Below, one piece after another: positions 56,779 to 64,000 of a stretch of 64,000 bases of DNA; within the stretch, counting starts at the first letter, position 1; each line of letters begins with the position of its first letter. Origin of the DNA: an uncultured Bacilli bacterium. GTDB lineage: Bacteria; Bacillota_I; Bacilli_A; ML615J-28; CAG-313. Both the position numbers and the translations under genes were made by a program. The DNA lies in NCBI GenBank assembly GCA_947591495.1, contig CANQDG010000004.1, forward strand, positions 5,358-69,357. The letters are read 5' to 3'. The notes beneath the pieces were generated by a model. It was not told the DNA's origin and did not search any database. It worked only from the letters and a program-made list of their open reading frames with translations.

Positions 56779-58541
56779 TAGAAGAAAAGAAAAATGAAGC
56801 ACTAGATGCAGAAAATGAATACAGAACAGCAGTTGAAGAAGCATACGACTACGTTGAAAATTTTGATATTTTAGAAACAATTACAAATGTTGGTAATGAT
56901 GAAGTTTTTACGCCTAGAAAAACAGTCGATATGATGCTGAATTGCTTGCCTGAAGAAGTTTGGCACAATCCTAATTATAAATGGTTTAATCCTGCAACTA
57001 AAAATGGCGTTTTTGAACGTGAAATTGCAATTAGATTAGATAAAGGATTGGAAGATATAATTCCAAATATAGAACAAAGAAAAAAACATATTCTTCAAAA
57101 TATGATTTATTCATTAGGTCAAACAAAATTCACTTCAAATGTTGCAAGAAGAACAGTTTATTATTGTTCAGATGCTAATAGAAAATGTGATGGATTAAAA
57201 GCACCAGATGGTCATTATGTTAATGGATATGCCATTGGAAATGGAACATGGTTTAATAATAAAGAGGGGAACATAAAAACACCAAATACAAATCATACAT
57301 TTGTTGATGACAAAGATAGAATAATGTCTGAATCGAATATAGGTGATGAAAGAAAAAAATACAAATGTAAGTATTGTGGTATATCGGGTGCTTCAAAATA
57401 TAACGATAAAAATCAAAGAGAAACCTATGCGTATGAATTTATTCATGTTGATCAGTTAAATTTACAAAGTTATTTACAAAATAGATTTTTTGGAGGAGAT
57501 AAAACTATGAAATTTGATATTATTATTGGAAATCCGCCATATCAATTAAGTGATGGGGGAGCACAAGCATCTGCAAAACCCATATATAATTTATTTATCG
57601 AGCAAGCAAAATTTCTTAACCCAAAATATCTTTGTATGATTATTCCATCACGTTGGATGATTGGTGGAAAAGGACTTGATGATTTTAGAGAAAATATGAT
57701 AAATGATAAAAGATTTAGAGAGTTGCATGATTTTATTAATCCTAAAACTTGTTTTCCAAATAATGACATTAAAGGAGGAGTATGTTATTTTTTATGGGAT
57801 AAAGATTATGATGGAATGTGTAACATTTATACATATACTTCTAATGAAGTAAGAAAAAGTATCCGTTATTTAAAAGAGGAAGGCATAGATATTTTCATAA
57901 GAGATGAAATACTAATTAATATTATGAAGAAAGTTATGGCATGTAGTGAAGATACATTCGACAGCATTGTTTCTGCACGAAAACCATATGGTTTAGAAGC
58001 AGAAACAATGCTGTCAGCATCAAAATATGGATTACCAGAATTTTCGACTGAAAAAATTGCTGATGGATATGAAATTTTAGGATTAGGTGAAAAAATGAAA
58101 AGAGTTTGGAAATACTTACCTTTAAATTATCCTATTCCTAAAAAAAGCCCGTGTTTATTTAAATTTAAAGTTTTTATTGCTGAAGCTTACGGATGTGGTG
58201 CAATTGGCGAAATACCTAGCACGCCAGTGCTAAGCACGCCAAGACAACTTTGCACAGAAACTTTTTTAGAAATTGGTCCTTTTGATACACGTTTAGAGGC
58301 AGAAAATGTTATTAAATATATAAAGACAAAATTTTTTAGAGCATTAGTTGGAATTCAAAAACAAACTCAGCATACCACACAAAAAGTATATCGTTTTGTT
58401 CCTATCTTAGATTTTAGTTCAAATAAATCAATAGATTGGAGTCAGCCAATTAGTAATATTGATAAGCAACTATTTTCAAAGTATAAACTTTCTAATGAAG
58501 AAATTGAATTTATTGAAAAGCATATTCAGGAGATGAATTAA
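56775..58541 (+). CDS. N6-adenine DNA methyltransferase (Eco57I/TaqI-like gamma class) with a C-terminal specificity-like region
   Basis: VFTPRKTVDMM (motif X), degenerate motif I FNPATKNGVF and motif IV IIIGNPPYQ. ATGA overlap with the previous gene. Confidence 0.8.
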   Translation: MIEEKKNEALDAENEYRTAVEEAYDYVENFDILETITNVGNDEVFTPRKTVDMMLNCLPEEVWHNPNYKWFNPATKNGVFEREIAIRLDKGLEDIIPNIEQRKKHILQNMIYSLGQTKFTSNVARRTVYYCSDANRKCDGLKAPDGHYVNGYAIGNGTWFNNKEGNIKTPNTNHTFVDDKDRIMSESNIGDERKKYKCKYCGISGASKYNDKNQRETYAYEFIHVDQLNLQSYLQNRFFGGDKTMKFDIIIGNPPYQLSDGGAQASAKPIYNLFIEQAKFLNPKYLCMIIPSRWMIGGKGLDDFRENMINDKRFRELHDFINPKTCFPNNDIKGGVCYFLWDKDYDGMCNIYTYTSNEVRKSIRYLKEEGIDIFIRDEILINIMKKVMACSEDTFDSIVSARKPYGLEAETMLSASKYGLPEFSTEKIADGYEILGLGEKMKRVWKYLPLNYPIPKKSPCLFKFKVFIAEAYGCGAIGEIPSTPVLSTPRQLCTETFLEIGPFDTRLEAENVIKYIKTKFFRALVGIQKQTQHTTQKVYRFVPILDFSSNKSIDWSQPISNIDKQLFSKYKLSNEEIEFIEKHIQEMN

Positions 58542-58542
58542 T

Positions 58543-61500
58543 ATGAGTGAGATAGTAGTAAAAAAATCTACTGATATTAATCAATTTGATTCGGCAAAAT
58601 ACAAAGGACAGCCTAAGACATTTCATCTAGATGATATAAATGATACTAACCAAGATCTTATTCTTTTATATATGTATATTCTTCCTAAATTTCAAAGTCA
58701 TGGAATTAAGGTAGGCATGACAAAATGCAAAATGGATGAAACCTTTTGGCATGCTATTAAATCAAGAATTAGGAATCAACAACATGAACTTGCTTTAACT
58801 CAAGAACAATATCCTAAATATGGGCTCGAAAGAGAAGTGATTTATTGGGGCGTATGTCTTGATGCACAGAGTGAATCATTCAAAGATTATAGAGTTCATG
58901 ATCAAATTCTTACTATGAAAGCAGGACTTACCGAAAAAGAACAAGAATGGTTTCAAAATCTTCCAGCTGATGAATTAGTAGAAGTTTTCGAAGAATGTAG
59001 AAAAGATGATTCAAACAATGAAATATATATACCTAGAAAAGAACAAAGAGAATGTGTTGATGCTCTAATAGATTATTTTAAGAATCATAAGACTGGTGGA
59101 CGTTTTCTTCTTAATTGCAAAATGCGTTATGGAAAATCGTTTACAACTTATAAATATTGTGAAGAAGCTGATTTAAATAAGATATTAATTCTTACATTTA
59201 TTCCTGCCGTTGAGTCTTCTTGGCGAGAGGATTTAACTCATATAAAAAAACATTATGATTATTATACAGATGATAATTTGAAAAAAGATAGTTTTATGCT
59301 TAATTGGATTACTGATCCATATGTTTTGTTTTTATCGTTACAGAATTATTTAGGTAAAGATAGAAATTCGAGTGAAACAAAAGCTAAAATTAAGCAATTG
59401 CAAGATGTTGAATGGGATTTGGTTATTTTAGATGAGTATCATTTTGGAGCGTGGAATGAAAAAACACAAGGAACACTAGAAAGTCAAGAAGATCTTGATA
59501 AGGAATATCAATCTGAACTTAAAAAAACAAATGATGTTTTAGATAGATTTAAAATTAAAACTAAACAAACTATTTGTCTTTCGGGAACTCCTTTCAAAGC
59601 TATCGCAAAAGGTGAGTTTACTAAAGAAAATACATTTACATATTCATATTTTGAGGAACAAAGAAATAAATATCCAAAAAGTGACGAAGGCGATTTTAAA
59701 ACAGTAAATCCTGATTATGCTCATTTTCCTGATATGAAAATTTTTGGCTACAATATGACTAGACTTTTTACTAATATGACTGCTTCAGTGTTTTCTGGCG
59801 ATGCATTATACGGAAAGAAGTATTTTTCTTTAAATAAATTTTTTGAAACAAGAAAAGATTCAAATCCTAATGAGCCTTGCGTTTTTGTGTATGAAGAAGA
59901 AATCAAAAAATGGTTAAACATTATTAAAGGACAATCTACATTTGGTAATAAATTTCCTTATTCAAATCAAGACATGCTTGATAATAATAAACATACTTTA
60001 TGGCTTTTGCCAAGGGTTAATGCTGTGCATGCAATGGCTAAACTTTTAGAGAAAGATGATTATTTTAAAAAATATCAAATTATTAATCTTTCCAAAGATG
60101 GCGTTGGTGCAGGAGTAGATGCTTATGAATATTTAAACGAACAAATAACGGTGGCCAATAATACAAATAAAATTGGTTCGATTGCTCTTACAGTGAATAA
60201 ATTGACAATAGGTGTAACTGTTAAACAATGGTTTAGCGTATTTGTGCTTAAGGATTTAGCTTCACCAGAACAATATTTTCAATCCATATTTAGAATTCAA
60301 ACACCTTATAAAGAAAAAGGGAAAATATTAAAATTTAATGGTTTTGTATATGATTTTAACATTGATAGAGCTGCCGCGTTGCTTTTAAAATATGCAGAAC
60401 AATCTGAAGAAGGTAGTGTAACGAAACTTCAAATAGCCAAGCTTATTGTAAAATATATACCTATTTTTGTTAATGGAGATATGTCACAACCAATTAGTGC
60501 GGATGTATTTTATGAACTTGCTGAATTCGGTGATACTACTGGTATACCACTTTCTAGAAAGATTACAGATACAACTAAAACTACAAGAATGCTTGATGAT
60601 GATGTCATAGCTTCAATGCTTAATGATGATGATGTCAGCGATATAATCAAGAGAGTTTTTGCACATGCTAAATTCAACAAACCTAAAAGTCAAACAATGA
60701 CTCAAAAACCAGATATAGATGGATTTCAGACCAAAATTGCTAAAGCCGGACGTGATAAGGGATATGAACTTGGTATGCAAGATTATGAACGATATGTTGA
60801 TTATGACAATACTGAAATTCAAATAGCTTTTGAAAAAGCAATAGCGGATTATATAAGTAAATTATGTCCTAAAGACTATGATCAAAATAATGCAACATGG
60901 TGGTCTAATGGATTTATCAAAGGATACGAAAGCGGCGTGAATGCTCCAATTAAAAAAATTAATTGTGGCCATGATGATGGTATTAAATTTGTTGATGAAA
61001 TCAAAAAAAGATTTGGTCAAAACATTGTTTGGAAAGAAGATAACAAAAAGATGATAATTGATTTTATTCATAAACATCTAAATGTTACTGAAAATATTCC
61101 TCAAGAATATAGAGGCGCATTGTATAGAAGATGGTATTCGGATTCCTTTAAGCGTGCTATCAGAAATGAATTATCACCTAAAATTCCTTATGAAAAAGGT
61201 AAATCAGTAGAAGATGCGGACAATGTTATGAAACATATATTAGCACGGTTATTTGAATTCTTATATATAAGTGTTTACCGCGAAACTACGTTTCAAGAAA
61301 TCTTTAACAACGCTGATTCAAATCTCTTTTTAGAAGCTGTAGGTATTACAAAGCAGGATTTTGAAGTGCTTAATAAGTATCACGTATTTCAAGAAAATGT
61401 TTTAAATAATTATATCCATCAGTTTTTTGTCAATGAGTCATTAGGTTCTAAACTAAATTTAGAAGATGAAGAAGTAAAAAAGCAATATAGGAATAGTTTC

Positions 61501-61794
61501 GATTGGTTTGGATTTGGACTTGATAGTGAAATTGAACCAGAAACAATGGTTACTGATAATGCTCAATACTTAGTCAACGAGATAAGCTATCAAGAAAATG
61601 AAATCAATGAAAAAAATATTGAGATTTCTAATTTAGATAGAATTAAAGAAATTTTAAATAACGAAAAACGAGGAATGAAAGCAGGCAAAATAGCTGATTT
61701 ACTTGATATGACAAAAAAAGAAGTAAATAAAATTCTTTATGCTAATAAAGAAATATTTGTTTCTGATTTCTTTAATAATTGGAAATTAAGATAA
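58543..61794 (+). CDS. T5orf172 (GIY-YIG-like) domain fused to an SF2 DExH helicase, a large C-terminal region and a terminal wHTH
   Basis: N-terminus: LLYMYILP...GIKVGMT...SRIRNQ...YRVHDQIL...EQEWFQNL. Helicase: MRYGKSFT (I), ILDEYH (II), LSGTPFK (III), QSIFRIQTP (VI). C-terminal end: IKEILNNEKRGMKAGKIADLLDMTKKEVNKILY. Confidence 0.8.
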   Translation: MSEIVVKKSTDINQFDSAKYKGQPKTFHLDDINDTNQDLILLYMYILPKFQSHGIKVGMTKCKMDETFWHAIKSRIRNQQHELALTQEQYPKYGLEREVIYWGVCLDAQSESFKDYRVHDQILTMKAGLTEKEQEWFQNLPADELVEVFEECRKDDSNNEIYIPRKEQRECVDALIDYFKNHKTGGRFLLNCKMRYGKSFTTYKYCEEADLNKILILTFIPAVESSWREDLTHIKKHYDYYTDDNLKKDSFMLNWITDPYVLFLSLQNYLGKDRNSSETKAKIKQLQDVEWDLVILDEYHFGAWNEKTQGTLESQEDLDKEYQSELKKTNDVLDRFKIKTKQTICLSGTPFKAIAKGEFTKENTFTYSYFEEQRNKYPKSDEGDFKTVNPDYAHFPDMKIFGYNMTRLFTNMTASVFSGDALYGKKYFSLNKFFETRKDSNPNEPCVFVYEEEIKKWLNIIKGQSTFGNKFPYSNQDMLDNNKHTLWLLPRVNAVHAMAKLLEKDDYFKKYQIINLSKDGVGAGVDAYEYLNEQITVANNTNKIGSIALTVNKLTIGVTVKQWFSVFVLKDLASPEQYFQSIFRIQTPYKEKGKILKFNGFVYDFNIDRAAALLLKYAEQSEEGSVTKLQIAKLIVKYIPIFVNGDMSQPISADVFYELAEFGDTTGIPLSRKITDTTKTTRMLDDDVIASMLNDDDVSDIIKRVFAHAKFNKPKSQTMTQKPDIDGFQTKIAKAGRDKGYELGMQDYERYVDYDNTEIQIAFEKAIADYISKLCPKDYDQNNATWWSNGFIKGYESGVNAPIKKINCGHDDGIKFVDEIKKRFGQNIVWKEDNKKMIIDFIHKHLNVTENIPQEYRGALYRRWYSDSFKRAIRNELSPKIPYEKGKSVEDADNVMKHILARLFEFLYISVYRETTFQEIFNNADSNLFLEAVGITKQDFEVLNKYHVFQENVLNNYIHQFFVNESLGSKLNLEDEEVKKQYRNSFDWFGFGLDSEIEPETMVTDNAQYLVNEISYQENEINEKNIEISNLDRIKEILNNEKRGMKAGKIADLLDMTKKEVNKILYANKEIFVSDFFNNWKLR

Positions 61795-61832
61795 AAAGGT
61801 TATACTAGTATATATAATATTGAAAAAAATTA

Positions 61833-61877
61833 GATCTTAAAAGAATGCTTTTATAGTAATCTTTTAGGATCTTTTTT
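61833..61877 (+). terminator. Terminator of the methyltransferase/helicase operon
   Basis: Stem gatcttaaaag (61833-61843) / cttttaggatc (61861-61871) with one G-U pair, then TTTTTT. Confidence 0.6.
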
Positions 61878-62128
61878 ATTGCTTAAATTAAGATAGCATT
61901 AAAAAATGAAGGCTGTTTTTTAATGAATTTATATATATATGAATAATTTACCTATTGAATTTTTAAACTAAAAATAAATATAAAAAAATCAAAAAATAAT
62001 AAGTAAGCGTTTTCTAGCACAAAAAGTATATAAATTTTAAAGTTATATTATATAATTTTTATAAGCTTTTGAAAGATAAGGGTAGCAAAAAATCTTTATT
62101 GATCAAAAGAAAACAAAGGAGGAAAAAA

Positions 62129-64000
62129 ATGAAAAATAAACTGTCTATTATGCTTTTATTATTTATAGCACTATTGCTTACAGGCTGTGTGCAAGATAAT
62201 AATAACAACAATAATAATGATATTGTCGCAACCGATATTCAAATTGAGGCTCCTGCTACTGCGACTATTTCACAAGGTGAAACCTTACAATTGGTAGCTA
62301 GTTTGACACCTAAAGAATCAAATAGTGTAGTAACATGGTCATCATCAGATGATGAAATTGCTTCTGTAAGTAAATCAGGCTTGGTTACTGCTTTAGGTGT
62401 TGGTAATGTAAAAATTACTGCTTCTGTTTCGACTAATGATGGCATTAAATCAGCTAGTGTTGACTTAACGATTAATCCTAATTTGCGAAATGTTTTGAAT
62501 AGTTTATCGCAAGAAATAACTTTAAATGGAACATATACACAAATAAGAGATGGTAGTTTGGTAACATCGATTGAATCTCAATTAAAGTTATATTTCAATA
62601 ATGAAATAGGTCATCAAGAATACTATCTTCAAGAATCAGTAGATGATGAATATGTAGATGAAAGACATTATTATGGTAATGCTAAAGGTGAATTAGTTAC
62701 ATTACAAATCAATCGTCTTAATGAAGTAGAAGAAAGAAACTTTGTTCATGCAGGATCATCTACTCAAAATCCATCAGATTATATTCTTTTTGATGATTTC
62801 ATTAGTAAATTTTCTGATGTCAAAGATAGTGAAGTAAAAATAGTATCACCTAATGAATTAGAAATAAATTTAACAAATGATTCAGCAGCTAAAGATTTAC
62901 TATATTCATTATCATTCTATGAAACGGATTTAACTAACCTTATTTCAATACGTTTAGATAAGTTAGGCAACCCTACTTTTATTAAGTTAGAAGGTAGTTA
63001 TGCTGATGAGGACTATGGCTTTACTTTCTTACAAACACTTGAATATAATGTTGTTACTAAAAATGATATCAAGGTTCCAGATAAGGTTGCACCATATCCA
63101 GAACTTGAAGGTGACGATGCTACTTTAGTTAGTAACTTTTTAGAAGCTTTGAAAAATCGAAATTACACCATAAATATTTTTGTAGATGATACTTCGACCC
63201 TAACAGGAAAAGTAACACCAAATAATGTATTAATGAGTGATAGCAATAATTCTTCTCGATATTTTTCTTACATCGCAGATAAGGGTGTATATGAAGTATC
63301 TTATAATGAAAGTGAAAATGCAATTACGCCAAAAAGTGCAAATAGTATTGCAACAAGTATGAATGAATTCTTAACACCAATTGATTTTTCTAAAGATTTA
63401 TTTGCACCATTAGGTAATGATATATATACATTAATATATGGTTTAGATGAAAGTGGTTTATTAATCGGTTTAGATCCAGCTATTCCTTTTTTCGATGTTT
63501 ATAATTCTATTTATGTTATCCGTAATTTAAGTTCTGTAAACATCGCTTTAAATCATGATGGTAATGATATAACAAAAGCTACTATTAGTTATGAAGGAAG
63601 ATTAATGACCTATTTATCTTATCAAATAAAAGTAGAAATAACTAATATTGGTAGCACGACTGTTCCATTTGAAGATGCAACGGTAAAAGAATATGTTGAA
63701 CCAACTGATTGGTCTTCATTAGATAATGAATGGTATGAAAGTTCTAATGAGCTTTTATCAGGTGAAATCAATAATGTTCCATATGTTCATACCGATTGGA
63801 ACACTTATTTAGAAGAAGATAAATCATTAGTTCAAACATCTCCAATGGATAAAGAAACAGCTGATGCATTATTATCGACACTTACTTCTTTATTACAAAA
63901 TGCATCATGGACTAAAACCGAAGATGTTTATTCAGATAGAGGCACAACTATTTTTGATGGAGTATATAGTAAAGATGGCGAGAATATTATTGTTGCTGTA
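62129..64000 (+). CDS. Surface lipoprotein with a Big_2-like domain (3' end outside the window)
   Basis: ggagg RBS then ATG at 62129. Lipobox LLLTGC and an Asn-rich linker. ISQGETLQLVASLTP...VTWSSSDDEIASVSKSGLVTALGVGNVKITA is Big_2-like. I translated the frame by hand and it stays open to position 64000. It is absent from the ORF track, presumably because there is no stop in the window. Confidence 0.8.
   Translation, partial: MKNKLSIMLLLFIALLLTGCVQDNNNNNNNDIVATDIQIEAPATATISQGETLQLVASLTPKESNSVVTWSSSDDEIASVSKSGLVTALGVGNVKITASVSTNDGIKSASVDLTINPNLRNVLNSLSQEITLNGTYTQIRDGSLVTSIESQLKLYFNNEIGHQEYYLQESVDDEYVDERHYYGNAKGELVTLQINRLNEVEERNFVHAGSSTQNPSDYILFDDFISKFSDVKDSEVKIVSPNELEINLTNDSAAKDLLYSLSFYETDLTNLISIRLDKLGNPTFIKLEGSYADEDYGFTFLQTLEYNVVTKNDIKVPDKVAPYPELEGDDATLVSNFLEALKNRNYTINIFVDDTSTLTGKVTPNNVLMSDSNNSSRYFSYIADKGVYEVSYNESENAITPKSANSIATSMNEFLTPIDFSKDLFAPLGNDIYTLIYGLDESGLLIGLDPAIPFFDVYNSIYVIRNLSSVNIALNHDGNDITKATISYEGRLMTYLSYQIKVEITNIGSTTVPFEDATVKEYVEPTDWSSLDNEWYESSNELLSGEINNVPYVHTDWNTYLEEDKSLVQTSPMDKETADALLSTLTSLLQNASWTKTEDVYSDRGTTIFDGVYSKDGENIIVAV

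Noticed and set aside
52586-62128. Integrase-mediated genomic island with att repeats at ssrA
   Set aside because: No integrase, recombinase or transposase ORF, and no repeat of the ssrA 3' end, was found by reading the intergenic regions. It is kept only as an accessory block of unknown origin.
62239-63323. Minus-strand ORFs 62239..62445 and 63129..63323
   Set aside because: They lie inside the long open plus-strand lipoprotein frame (62129 to the window end), which has an RBS, a lipobox and a Big_2-like domain.
1-64000. Mycoplasma/Spiroplasma genetic code (TGA = Trp)
   Set aside because: TGA closes well-supported genes (1424-1426; 33067-33069) in ATGA overlaps, and all housekeeping ORFs are full length under the standard code.

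Overview
AT-rich chromosomal window from a low-GC Bacillota or Mollicutes-like anaerobe. The standard genetic code applies: TGA acts as a stop at 1424-1426 and 33067-33069, and long ORFs are intact. I could not run any searches, so family names come from motifs read in the translations.

The backbone is housekeeping:
- rimO, pduL, mnmG-rsmG-parA-DUF951, a SpoIIE-family phosphatase, tcdA and addBA.
- Two ABC exporter genes, an msmX-like ATPase, pgk-tpiA and rpsD.
- A nine-gene NuoE/NuoF/[FeFe]-hydrogenase operon, a Crp/Fnr regulator, a peptidase, reductases and tmRNA.

Four accessory loci interrupt it:
1. 18.4-21.5 kb: a type III ToxN/AbiQ toxin gene. It is preceded by three tandem, self-contained promoter-RNA-terminator cassettes rather than one repeat array. 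The two intact cassettes each hold three ~38-nt repeats inside a closing helix. A DUF4143 AAA+ ATPase gene and a decayed fourth cassette are embedded in the same series.
2. 31.6-33.8 kb: an ABC/OLD-type ATPase plus a Toprim-like (RloB/AriB-like) two-gene operon, wedged after rpsD.
3. 52.6-55.8 kb, directly after ssrA: two more DUF4143 ATPase genes.
4. 56.1-61.8 kb: a three-gene cluster. It encodes a catalytic-motif-less methyltransferase-like protein, an NPPY adenine methyltransferase with a degenerate SAM loop, and a 1083-aa T5orf172(GIY-YIG-like)-SF2 helicase-wHTH protein.

Two of the ATPase paralogs carry unrelated 3 x 33-bp tandem repeats overlapping their -35 boxes. I rank the ToxN multi-cassette locus, the methyltransferase/helicase cluster and the ATPase/Toprim pair as the best candidates for an undescribed or atypical defence system.
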